Below the pieces are notes generated by a model. That model had not been told where the DNA came from, searched no databases, and saw only the letters and a program-made list of their open reading frames with translations. A stretch of 60,822 nt of DNA, from positions 1 to 60,822 of the forward strand of contig CAIXIP010000081.1 in the NCBI GenBank assembly GCA_903919535.1, in the 5' to 3' direction. Source of the DNA: an uncultured Bacteroidota bacterium (GTDB taxonomy: Bacteria > Bacteroidota > Bacteroidia > 2-12-FULL-35-15). Shown piece by piece: positions 41,359-50,932 of this stretch (its first letter is position 1; each line of letters opens with the position of its first letter). The translations under genes were made by a program, and so were the position numbers.

Positions 41359-41441
41359 CTATGAATTATCAATCTGTTTTTATTCAAAAATTTAATGTTC
41401 CGAAGAACTAATTTAAAGACGCACTATTTTCAAATAGTTGC

Positions 41442-43709
41442 TTATTTTTTTGCTTGTGCTCCAAGAACAGCAATGGTGATCATATTTACAATCTCCCTTA
41501 CCGAACTTCCTAATTGAAGAATGTGAACAGGTTTTTTTAATCCGATCACAATTGGTCCGATTGCTTCAGCACCGCCCATTTCCTGAATTAGTTTATAAGC
41601 GATATTTCCTGATGCAAGATTAGGGAATATCAAAGTGTTGACTTTTTTATCCACTATATCTGAAAAAGGAAATTGTTCTTTTAATAACTCATTATTCAAG
41701 GCAAAGTTTGCTTGCATCTCCCCATCCACAATCATTCCCGGATAATTTTTATGGAGAATCTCTACAGCTTCTCTCATTTTATTTGGCACTTCTCCTTCAG
41801 CAGATCCAAAATTAGAGTAGGATAATAATGCTATGCGAGGAGTAATATTAAATTGTTTTACGCTATTTGCAGTAAGAACAGTAATGTCTACTAATTCCTG
41901 TGCTGTAGGATTTACATTCATTGTAGTATCAGCAAAAAAGAATGGTCCTTGCTTAGTGTTTAGAATATACATCCCGGCTACTTTAGAAACGCCATCCTGA
42001 ACTCCGATTATTTGCAATGCAGTGCGAATTGGGTCGCTATATTGACGTGTAAGGCCAGAGATCATTGCATCAGCAGCTCCGGTTTCTACCATCATGGCAC
42101 CAAAATGATTTCTCTCACGCATTATTTTGCGTGCTTCATAGAGTGTATGGCCTTTACGTTGACGTTTTTTGAAGAAAATATCTCCAAAAGAATTTCTCCT
42201 GTCATCCTCGCTTTTACTACGTGGATCAATGATTGGAATATCATGTAGATCAAGGTTGTTGTCAGCGATAAGTTTTTTAATTTTTTCTACATCACCTAGT
42301 AATATTGGTTTTGCAATGCCTTCGTCTGCTACTTGCTGAGCAGCTTTTAAAATTTTATAATGATCCGCTTCAGCGAAAACAACACGTTTTGGATTTTGTT
42401 TTGCTTTATTGGTAATGTTTCTAATGAGTTTGTTATCAAGCCCCAGCCTGTTAATTAACTCTTGAGTATAAGCTTCCCAATTGGTGATTTTATTTTGTGC
42501 CACACCTGAGTCAATTGCAGCTTTCGCAACAGCGGGAGCAACAGTGTAAATTAAGCGAGGGTCAATTGGTTTTGGAATAATATATTCTGGTCCGAATGTA
42601 ATATTTTTCGAGTCGTATGCTAGGTTAACTGTTTCTGGAACAGTTTCTTTTGCAAGATTTGCAATGGCATAAACAGCAGCCAACTTCATTTCCTCATTAA
42701 TTTGAGTTGCCCTAACATCTAATGCTCCACGAAAAATAAATGGAAATCCAAGTACATTGTTTACTTGATTAGGATGGTCGCTTCTTCCTGTTGCCATGAT
42801 GATATCTTTTCGAGCTTCCATTGCTTCAAGATAAGGAATTTCAGGATCGGGATTAGCCAAAGCAAAAACAATAGGATTTTTTGCCATTGATTGAACCATT
42901 TTTTGGCTTACGATATTTCCTTTTGAAAGTCCGATAAATACATCAGCATCTATCATCGCATCTTCTAATGTTACAGCTTTAGATTTTGAGGCGAAAAACT
43001 TTTTCATTCCATCCAAATCTTTACGGTCAACACTTAAAACACCTTTGCTATCAAGCATTAGAATGTTTTCCTTTTTAGCACCTACTGCAATGTATAGTTT
43101 AGCGCAAGAAACAGCAGCAGCACCTGCACCATTAACAACAATTTTTACATTCTCTATTTTTTTATCTGCTATCTCACATGCATTTAGAAGAGCAGCAGAG
43201 GATATGATTGCTGTTCCATGCTGATCGTCATGCATCAATGGGATATTTAATTCCTCTTTTAATCTTCTTTCTATTTCAAAACATTCTGGAGCCTTAATAT
43301 CTTCAAGGTTGATTCCACCAAAAGTAGGTGCAATAGCTTTTACAGTGCTGATAAACAATTCAATATCTTTTGCATCTACTTCAATGTCAAATACATCTAT
43401 ATCAGCAAAGATTTTGAAAAGTAATCCTTTTCCTTCCATTACTGGTTTTGAAGCCAATGGTCCAATATCGCCTAAGCCTAAAACAGCTGTTCCATTTGAT
43501 ATTACAGCTACTAAATTTCCTTTTGCCGTGTATTTATAAACATCTTCAGGGTTTTTTTCAATTTCCAAACAAGGTTCAGCAACACCTGGTGAATAGGCTA
43601 ATGATAAATCGCGCTGTGAACTATGCGGTTTTGTTGGGATTACTTCAATCTTTCCTGGTCTGCCTTGTGAATGATAATCCAAGGCTTCTTGCTTTCTGAA
43701 TTTTGCCAT
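41442..43709 (-). CDS. maeB: NADP-dependent malic enzyme with PTA domain
   Basis: SLAYSPGVA, INLEDI, HDDQHGTA, GAGAA, C-terminal DGEMQ/FPNL..GNI. Confidence 0.96.
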   Translation of the reverse strand: MAKFRKQEALDYHSQGRPGKIEVIPTKPHSSQRDLSLAYSPGVAEPCLEIEKNPEDVYKYTAKGNLVAVISNGTAVLGLGDIGPLASKPVMEGKGLLFKIFADIDVFDIEVDAKDIELFISTVKAIAPTFGGINLEDIKAPECFEIERRLKEELNIPLMHDDQHGTAIISSAALLNACEIADKKIENVKIVVNGAGAAAVSCAKLYIAVGAKKENILMLDSKGVLSVDRKDLDGMKKFFASKSKAVTLEDAMIDADVFIGLSKGNIVSQKMVQSMAKNPIVFALANPDPEIPYLEAMEARKDIIMATGRSDHPNQVNNVLGFPFIFRGALDVRATQINEEMKLAAVYAIANLAKETVPETVNLAYDSKNITFGPEYIIPKPIDPRLIYTVAPAVAKAAIDSGVAQNKITNWEAYTQELINRLGLDNKLIRNITNKAKQNPKRVVFAEADHYKILKAAQQVADEGIAKPILLGDVEKIKKLIADNNLDLHDIPIIDPRSKSEDDRRNSFGDIFFKKRQRKGHTLYEARKIMRERNHFGAMMVETGAADAMISGLTRQYSDPIRTALQIIGVQDGVSKVAGMYILNTKQGPFFFADTTMNVNPTAQELVDITVLTANSVKQFNITPRIALLSYSNFGSAEGEVPNKMREAVEILHKNYPGMIVDGEMQANFALNNELLKEQFPFSDIVDKKVNTLIFPNLASGNIAYKLIQEMGGAEAIGPIVIGLKKPVHILQLGSSVREIVNMITIAVLGAQAKK

Positions 43710-43948
43710 TGTAATAAATTTTTGTGAGCTGCGAATATAGTAATTTTAATAGATTTAGGATGAATTTTATTAGCAAGAAACAAGCGTTTTTTTTAATAAT
43801 TTAATGATTTTCATCATCTAAATTGATGAATAGAATATTATTGAAAAAAAATCAACAAATTTAGATTTAAGTTCGGGTAGAAAATGCCAGGGGTGATTGG
43901 GGGATGATAATTGCTATTGTTGGATATTATGACATCAGTAAAAAGATA

Positions 43949-44932
43949 TTAACCTCCGAGACCGATCATGCTTCTTTCACGAGTTTCTGTGTTTTCTTTT
44001 CCCCAGTTTTCGTTTTCATTATTTCCGCCAAGCATGGCATATTTTTCCATTACACATTGTTTTATTATGGGGGCAATATCTTTACCTTGACGCAAGGAGC
44101 CAAGCAGATCGACTTCTTGCTTCGCAAATAAACAATTATACATTTTGCCGTCTGCGGTAAGCCGCATGCGATTACATCCACTGCAAAATGGCTCACTCAT
44201 GGTGCTGATAATAGCAAATGTTCCTTGATGGTCAGGAATGAAAAATTTTTTTGCAGTATCATTTTTTTCGTTTACTAATTTAATGAACTTATATTTTGCG
44301 GAAATGCAATCTAGTATTTGCTGGTGCGAAAAAACTTTTTCGGTGCTCCATTCGTTTCCTGAAAAGGGCATAAATTCAATAAACCTAACATGTATTGGAG
44401 TGTTTTTTGTCCACTCAATAAAATCGAGTATTTCGCTGTCATTAAAGGTTTTCATGACAACTACATTTACTTTCACATGAAAATTGTTTGCCAATAAGGA
44501 GTTGATGTTTTCAATAACCCGATGATACTCATCTCGTTTAGTAATAGAAAAATATTTATCCTTTTTTAATGAATCAAGACTAACATTCACAGATCTTAAT
44601 CCGGCCTCTTTAAATGTTTCAATGAACTCGTGAACAAAAACGCCATTTGTTGTTATGGCAAGTTCAACAGGATGTTTTGAAAGCCTCAAAATAATTTCTT
44701 TCGCATCTCTTCTTACTAAGGGCTCTCCACCAGTTATGCGAATTTTATTAACTCCAGCTTTTACAAAAACTGAAGCGATTTGATCAATTTCATCAACATT
44801 CATGCGCGGAGAATTCGCAAATGCTCCTTTTGGCAAATCTTCAGGACTGCAATAATTGCAACGTAAATTGCATTTGTCAGTAATGGAGATTCGTAAATAA
44901 TCGTGAATGCGGTTGAATTTGTCTACAAGCAT
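43949..44932 (-). CDS. moaA: GTP 3',8-cyclase MoaA
   Basis: YLRISITDKCNLRCNYC, TGGEPL, FCSGCNRMR...C, terminal GG. Confidence 0.95.
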   Translation of the reverse strand: MLVDKFNRIHDYLRISITDKCNLRCNYCSPEDLPKGAFANSPRMNVDEIDQIASVFVKAGVNKIRITGGEPLVRRDAKEIILRLSKHPVELAITTNGVFVHEFIETFKEAGLRSVNVSLDSLKKDKYFSITKRDEYHRVIENINSLLANNFHVKVNVVVMKTFNDSEILDFIEWTKNTPIHVRFIEFMPFSGNEWSTEKVFSHQQILDCISAKYKFIKLVNEKNDTAKKFFIPDHQGTFAIISTMSEPFCSGCNRMRLTADGKMYNCLFAKQEVDLLGSLRQGKDIAPIIKQCVMEKYAMLGGNNENENWGKENTETRERSMIGLGG

Positions 44933-45204
44933 TGTATAAAGTTAAAAAAAGTAAGCAAATGCTTAAAATTTCTCCTCAAATTTATTATGTTTTTTTGGAT
45001 TATGCCTTAAATCATTCAAAAGTAGTTTAAGTGTTAAAAGTGTATGATTAGTTTTAATTGCAATTTCAAATCAACCTACTAAGTTATTCAATGATTTTTT
45101 TTACATTAGCAACCTATGAAATAATAGCATGTTGAATCAAAACATTGATTGAAGTGTGTTTTATTTTCTGTAGGAAATATTTATTTTTAAAGGATAGTCG
45201 ATAA

Positions 45205-45891
45205 ATGAAACCCACCTTAGTTGTATTTACTGGAGCAGGTATTAGTGCTGAAAGTGGCATTCAAACATTTCGTGATTCAGGAGGATTGTGGGAAAAATAT
45301 AATATAAATGATGTTGCAACACCTCAGGCTTGGGAAAAAAATCAAAAATTAGTTTTAGAATTTTACAACGATAGGCGTAAACAGGTTATGGAAGCTAAGC
45401 CCAACAAAGCGCACTATGCTTTGGTGGATCTGGAGGAAAAATATAATGTTCAAATTATTACGCAAAACATTGATGATCTGCATGAACGTGCTGGTTCAAA
45501 AAATGTATTGCATTTGCATGGAGAAATAGTTAAAAGCAGAAGTTCTGTTGATGTTTCATTGGTTTATAATATAAACGGGGACGAAATAAAGCTAGGGGAA
45601 AAATGCGAATTAGGTTCGCAACTTCGGCCACATATAGTATGGTTTGGAGAAATGGTTCCAGAGATGGAAACTGCATATTCCATCTCTGAAAAGGCTGATA
45701 TTTTTATTGTTATTGGAACATCTATGGCTGTTTACCCTGCTGCCGGATTGATAGATTATACTCCTACAAATATTCCAAAATATTTAATCGATCCAAGTGA
45801 AGTTAAAATTGCAGGAATAAACAACCTGACAGTTATAAAAGAAAAAGCCAGCATTGGATTACCAATGCTGACTCTAGAACTTTTAAAATAA
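45205..45891 (+). CDS. cobB: NAD-dependent deacylase (Sir2 family)
   Basis: GAGISAESGIQTFR, TQNIDDLHERAG, HLHG, RPHIVWFGE, GTSMAVYPAA. Confidence 0.93.
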   Translation: MKPTLVVFTGAGISAESGIQTFRDSGGLWEKYNINDVATPQAWEKNQKLVLEFYNDRRKQVMEAKPNKAHYALVDLEEKYNVQIITQNIDDLHERAGSKNVLHLHGEIVKSRSSVDVSLVYNINGDEIKLGEKCELGSQLRPHIVWFGEMVPEMETAYSISEKADIFIVIGTSMAVYPAAGLIDYTPTNIPKYLIDPSEVKIAGINNLTVIKEKASIGLPMLTLELLK

Positions 45892-45894
45892 ATT

Positions 45895-46638
45895 TTACTT
45901 CGAGCTAATTACAAGTTTTCTAGTAGATATTGTTTTTCCATCTATTAAAAAAGAATAGAAATAGATACCAGAATTTAAATCAGTGACATTTATTTTTGCT
46001 GTGCCTTGTTTATCAATTAATTCAACTTCTTTTACTGTTTTTCCTAACATGTCATAAAATGTGATTTTCCCGTTTTGTGCAAATTCGTTCAAAATATATT
46101 TGATTGAAACGGTTGAATTTGAAGGGTTAGGATACGCAGTAGAAATTACTCCACTCGCTTTTGCAATATCATTTATTCCGTTAGAACATGAATAATGAAC
46201 TGTTACTGTAGCTGTATCTTGCGCAAAGTATGTTTGATATTTAACATAGGTATCGCAGCAAGATTGACCAACATCAAAATGTGCAACGAGACCTTGAGCT
46301 CCTATTAAATTTGTCATGCCTGCAAGGGTAGTGCCAACACCTGGCTCATCATAAACTGTATTGGTACTTGGAGCATAACAAGATGCACCTGCACAAAAAT
46401 AAACATCACAGCCATTACCTAAAGGCGGGTTTAATACAGTTCTGCGAATGTGATATGTTACAGCAGAAGATGTAATATTGTGAATATCAATATCGTTTTC
46501 GAATAGAGCATTTGAAGTTATATTTACAATAAGGGTATCATTGGTGATGTCTATACCGCCATTATATAGGCGTAAACTTTGCCCAAAACTATATGTTGCT
46601 GCTGAAATTATAATAAGAGTTGTAAGAATTTTTTTCAT
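45895..46638 (-). CDS. Small Cys-containing T9SS type A cargo (possibly PorA-like)
   Basis: Signal peptide MKKILTT (ATG 46638; -7 box TAAATTTG at 46684-46691 covers the track's TTG); YFCAGASCY; CTD YPNP...SGIYFY...RKLVIS. Confidence 0.75.
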   Translation of the reverse strand: MKKILTTLIIISAATYSFGQSLRLYNGGIDITNDTLIVNITSNALFENDIDIHNITSSAVTYHIRRTVLNPPLGNGCDVYFCAGASCYAPSTNTVYDEPGVGTTLAGMTNLIGAQGLVAHFDVGQSCCDTYVKYQTYFAQDTATVTVHYSCSNGINDIAKASGVISTAYPNPSNSTVSIKYILNEFAQNGKITFYDMLGKTVKEVELIDKQGTAKINVTDLNSGIYFYSFLIDGKTISTRKLVISSK

Positions 46639-46760
46639 GTTATTATATTTAAAGGTTTTGTGATATTTTTTATAGCTATACTCCAAATTTACAATATTGT
46701 TTCACTGCATTTTATTTTTTTTGAAAGATTCTTAGTATTCGAACGATTAAACAAAGATGA

Positions 46761-48287
46761 TTATACACTTAAAGGTTTTAATTTACTTTTAACAACTTCT
46801 GCAAATGTTTTGTTCTCAATTTTACTTTCAAGCCACGACATGATATCAAAATACATAAGTATTTTTCCTTCCAACGGGTCTTTAACAACGACTTCTAAAG
46901 CGTTTTTTAATTCCGTAAAAAAGTGCAAAGATTCTTTTTTTGAATTTACACTTATTAATTTACGAATAGATGTCAGAATTATTTTTTCGGATTGATACAT
47001 CTTTTGTTTCGAAGCCAGGAATCGATAGGTAGATTTAATACGATACTCCATGCTGTCAAATTTGCCAAGCTCATAATGCAAAATAATTTCCATAATTCGT
47101 CCAATACACTCGAGGTCTTGTCGGATATTAGAGTGTTCTGAAATATTAGCTTTTACGAGCCATTTCAACGCTTGTTTGTATTCTTCTGCAATCATTAATA
47201 TAGAAGTCACCTGCCAGTAAATGATTTCTTTTAAGAGTTTATCTGAATCGCTATTTGTTGCCAATAAGGTTTCTATTTCAGGTATCAATCGAAGGCATTT
47301 TTTCATGTTGCCCATCCTGAAGTATACATTTAACTTAGTATTGTATGCCTTAAATAAGGTATTCATTTTTTGAATATCACTTTTTGGTTTCAATACTTCC
47401 ATCTTTGCAATGTATTCAAGCGCCTCGTGATACTTGCCAATATTGTAACATTGTATGCTATGTCGATAATAAAATAGTGTTGGGAAATTTACATTTGTCT
47501 CAATTACCTGTGGATTTTCTTCAAATATTTGTATCAATTTTGATGAAAATTCATAGCATTTTTCTGAATCCTCAGTATAGTTATAGTAGCTCGCGTATAA
47601 TTCGTAATATAAAATTTTTGCATTAATTGATAACGCTTGTTTCTCATTCTTAAGTAATGGAGATTTTAAAAGCCAGTCGTAACTTTTCATTTCTGTTTCG
47701 TTGCGTAATACACCCATTTCCATATGTTGCACATACAAACGGTTTTTTAAGCTTTCGTATTCTGCCAGGTTTTTTATCCGCATTGCACACTGCTCTATCT
47801 CCTCTATTAACTTGCTAGAGTTATCCTTAATGTCGCCAACGCTATATTGCATCCTATAAATACTTTCCTCCATCAAGTTTATTTCAGGAATATACGTGAG
47901 TTTTTCGTAGGTGATAGCCATATCTTTGGCTTTCTTAAGTAGTTTTTTTGCCTGGCTGTGTAATCCTTTGTCAACAAGTATTTCTATTCTATTTAATAAA
48001 CTACGAATTTCAGAGGTTGAGTTTTTATGATAAGCCTCAAGGCTTTCTAAGATCATATCATATAAATAGTTTTTTGCTACAGCAAATTGATTTATAAAAC
48101 GTTCGTTTCTGAATTTTTGAAATAGCTTTTTTTCGTTGTATTCTTTTTGCGTGTCAATTGCATCAAAAATTTTTGTATAATTGTTTTGTTCATTTCGAAC
48201 GTGGAAGTTTGCATACTTCTTAAAATAACCTTTTTCAGATTTGTTTAAGGACTTTACTAGCCTAAAAAGATTGTCAGATGTTTTCAT
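46761..48287 (-). CDS. Conserved hypothetical ~500-aa helical/TPR-like cytoplasmic protein
   Basis: LFRLVKSLNKSEKGYFKK N-terminus, TPR-like middle, EIILHYELG and YFDIMSWLESK C-terminus; no signal peptide. Confidence 0.75.
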   Translation of the reverse strand: MKTSDNLFRLVKSLNKSEKGYFKKYANFHVRNEQNNYTKIFDAIDTQKEYNEKKLFQKFRNERFINQFAVAKNYLYDMILESLEAYHKNSTSEIRSLLNRIEILVDKGLHSQAKKLLKKAKDMAITYEKLTYIPEINLMEESIYRMQYSVGDIKDNSSKLIEEIEQCAMRIKNLAEYESLKNRLYVQHMEMGVLRNETEMKSYDWLLKSPLLKNEKQALSINAKILYYELYASYYNYTEDSEKCYEFSSKLIQIFEENPQVIETNVNFPTLFYYRHSIQCYNIGKYHEALEYIAKMEVLKPKSDIQKMNTLFKAYNTKLNVYFRMGNMKKCLRLIPEIETLLATNSDSDKLLKEIIYWQVTSILMIAEEYKQALKWLVKANISEHSNIRQDLECIGRIMEIILHYELGKFDSMEYRIKSTYRFLASKQKMYQSEKIILTSIRKLISVNSKKESLHFFTELKNALEVVVKDPLEGKILMYFDIMSWLESKIENKTFAEVVKSKLKPLSV

Positions 48288-48381
48288 CGAGTGCTAAATA
48301 TAAAACGGTCCAAATATATTAATTTTATTAGTAAATCAAAAAATATTAATGTTCCGAATACTAATTATCAATTTAATTAGA

Positions 48382-48413
48382 TTTGATATAAAAACGGGAA
48401 CAATCTACATTTG
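48382..48413 (+). promoter_or_regulatory. sigma-A promoter TTTG-N20-TACATTTG
   Basis: Full consensus; adjacent IR CTAATTA-N6-TAATTAG at 48361-48380. Confidence 0.7.
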
Positions 48414-48517
48414 AAAAACAATTTACGATGAGTCCAAAATTATTTTTTATTTGCTATGGAAAACTCGTTAAACAATAAAAACCGTTCAAGATATAATAAA
48501 TTAAAACCCCAACCAAA

Positions 48518-50308
48518 ATGAAAAAAACAGTTACCTTATCAATTGCAGTTCTGTCAGCATTAGCGGCTAGTGCTCAATTACCTGTAAGTACGACACCTCA
48601 AAACAAAAAGGCTCTTATTGAAGAGTTTACTGGAATTCATTGTACATATTGCCCTGATGGTCATAAAATATCAGCGCAAATTCTTGCTGCTAATCCAGGT
48701 AATGCATTTGCAGTGAATGTTCACACAGGAAGCTACGCAACTCCAAGTGGAGCTGAATTAGATTTTAGAACAACTGAAGGTGACGCAATTGCAGCAATTT
48801 CTACAATGGGTATCACAGGTTATCCAACAGGCGATGTAAATCGTCATATCTTTACTGGTACAACATTGACAATGAGTCGTGCTGATTGGGCAACTTCAGT
48901 TGCTACAATATTAGGGCAAAGTGCCTATGTGAACATTGCAGGTGAAGCAGTACTTGATGTAAATACAAATCTTTTGACTATTAATATTCAAGCATATTAC
49001 ACTGCTAATAGCCCACAGGCGTCAAACAAACTTACTGTAATGTTAATACAAGATAATATCAACGGTACTCAGACTGGTGCTGCATCATTTAATCCAACTA
49101 TGATTAATCCTGATGGAACTTATCGCCACATGCATGCATTGCGTAAGGTTATTTCTGCAACTACAGGTGATGCAATTTCACCAACAACTGCAGGAACAAC
49201 TATTAACAAAACATATACTTATACTGTTCCGGCAATAATTAAGAATATTCCGGTTGATGTTTCTAATCTTGAATTAATTGCTTTTGTTGGGGAATCAACA
49301 AATGCTGAAATTATTAACGTTGGAAAACTTCCAATAACTTATACTGGAATTACTACAACAAACAATGCAGCAGCAAGCTCACTAAGTGTTGAGAACAATG
49401 TTTGTCAAAGTTCAACTATACCAACTTTTATATTAAAAAATAAAGGTTCTGCTACTATGACAAGTGCTTCAATAAGCTATTCTGTTAATGGTGGAACAGC
49501 GCAAGTATACAACTGGACTGGTTCATTAACTTCGTTGGGTTCAACAACAGTAACTTTGCCTGTTATTAACTTTACATTAAACCCAACAAATACAGTAAAT
49601 CTTTCAGTTCTAACAGTAAATGGTATTGCTGATCAAGATGCAACAGATAATGCTGCAACTGCAACATTTATTGAAACAACAACTTTGGTTACAACTAATT
49701 CGATTACAATTGATGTAACTCAAGATCAATACGGTACAGAAACAACATGGAAGCTTTTTGATGCTTCTGGTTCAATAATCGCTAGTGGTGGACCATACGC
49801 AGATTTAGCTGCTTCTGGAGTTCTATTGCATACATCTACTGCTACATTGCCTATTGATGGATGTTATCGCTTCGAAATATATGATGTTTATGGTGATGGA
49901 ATTAATTCTGGTTATGGTGCAGGAAAAGTAGAATTGAAAAATGCATCTGGAACTATTTTTTATTCACTTGTTGGTACTGCAGCTAATTTTGGAAGTAAAG
50001 GAGTGCGTAACTTTAAAAAAGGTCCACTTTCAATTAGCGAAAACGAACTTGTTAATAATGTGAATGTTTATCCAAATCCAATATCAACGAATGCAACTGT
50101 TAACTTCAATTTAGTTGAATCAAACAATGTTGTTATTGAAGTGGTAAATGCAATCGGACAATTAGTTTCAACAAATAACTTAGGTAAATTAAGTATTGGT
50201 GAACAAAATTATTCAATAGATGCTTCTAACCTAAACAATGGTTTATATTTCATAAACATTCGTGTAGGAGACAAAAGTGTTGTTAGAAAAGTTTCTATCA
50301 GTAAATAG
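48518..50308 (+). CDS. Omp28-related protein (CxxC) with T9SS type A CTD
   Basis: IEEFTGIHCTYCPDGH, GYPTG.VNR, HMHALR; CTD VYPNP...NGLYFI...RKVSI. Confidence 0.88.
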   Translation: MKKTVTLSIAVLSALAASAQLPVSTTPQNKKALIEEFTGIHCTYCPDGHKISAQILAANPGNAFAVNVHTGSYATPSGAELDFRTTEGDAIAAISTMGITGYPTGDVNRHIFTGTTLTMSRADWATSVATILGQSAYVNIAGEAVLDVNTNLLTINIQAYYTANSPQASNKLTVMLIQDNINGTQTGAASFNPTMINPDGTYRHMHALRKVISATTGDAISPTTAGTTINKTYTYTVPAIIKNIPVDVSNLELIAFVGESTNAEIINVGKLPITYTGITTTNNAAASSLSVENNVCQSSTIPTFILKNKGSATMTSASISYSVNGGTAQVYNWTGSLTSLGSTTVTLPVINFTLNPTNTVNLSVLTVNGIADQDATDNAATATFIETTTLVTTNSITIDVTQDQYGTETTWKLFDASGSIIASGGPYADLAASGVLLHTSTATLPIDGCYRFEIYDVYGDGINSGYGAGKVELKNASGTIFYSLVGTAANFGSKGVRNFKKGPLSISENELVNNVNVYPNPISTNATVNFNLVESNNVVIEVVNAIGQLVSTNNLGKLSIGEQNYSIDASNLNNGLYFINIRVGDKSVVRKVSISK

Positions 50309-50320
50309 ATCTGTTCTTTG

Positions 50321-50378
50321 AAAATAAATCAGCAGTTTGGCTTGTTGTTTGACAAATCACTGCTGATTTATTTTTTTT
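50321..50378 (+). terminator. Rho-independent terminator
   Basis: 16-bp IR 50321-50336/50359-50374 followed by T-run. Confidence 0.8.
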
Positions 50379-50400
50379 AACTAATTTTAAAAAACATTTT

Positions 50401-50922
50401 ATGAAAAAAATAGTACTGGGTTTATTCATAATTGGAGCATTAGCTTCCGCAACAATCATCCAAAATTCAGAAGGACGGTCCATTCCTGCTGCAGATGTAA
50501 AAACGCTTGATGGAAAAACTATTAATACTTCCAAATTTTCGAATGACGGTAAGCCGATGATCATTGATTTTTGGGCTACCTGGTGTAAGCCATGTAAAAA
50601 AGAATTAGATGCTATCTCAGAAGTATATGGTGAATGGCAAAAAGAAACGGGTGTGAAATTAATTGCAATTTCAATTGATGATTCACGTAGCTCCGGTAGG
50701 GTTTCTGCTGACGCAAAAACACATGGCTGGGAATATGAAGTTTATCTTGACGAGAATCAAGATTTTAAACGCGCCCTTAATGTTGGCGACATTCCTCAGG
50801 TATTTATCATTAACGGAAAAGGCGAAATTGTTTGGCAACACAACGGATATGTTGATGGTGGAGAAGAGCATATTTTCGAGATCCTGAAAAAGGTTGTTAA
50901 AGGAGAAAAAATAACTGAATAA
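50401..50922 (+). CDS. TlpA family thiol-disulfide oxidoreductase
   Basis: Signal peptide; DFWATWCKPCKKE; IP motif. Confidence 0.92.
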   Translation: MKKIVLGLFIIGALASATIIQNSEGRSIPAADVKTLDGKTINTSKFSNDGKPMIIDFWATWCKPCKKELDAISEVYGEWQKETGVKLIAISIDDSRSSGRVSADAKTHGWEYEVYLDENQDFKRALNVGDIPQVFIINGKGEIVWQHNGYVDGGEEHIFEILKKVVKGEKITE

Positions 50923-50932
50923 TTAGAAAAAT

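Noticed and set aside
32415-43709. sprA flanked by maeB, ruvA, gcvH and vanZ as a functional system
   Set aside because: Familiar conserved Bacteroidota gene order; no new signal. The same holds for acpP-fabF-rnc-IPExxxVDY-pyk
44933-45204. Moco riboswitch upstream of moaA
   Set aside because: No structured GC-rich leader; the -7 box is 4 nt from the ATG, leaving no room
45205-45891. Sir2 gene as an anti-phage defence sirtuin, or defective for lacking the four-Cys zinc site
   Set aside because: Ordinary CobB-type motifs and length; zinc-less variants are common in Bacteroidota; no defence partners nearby
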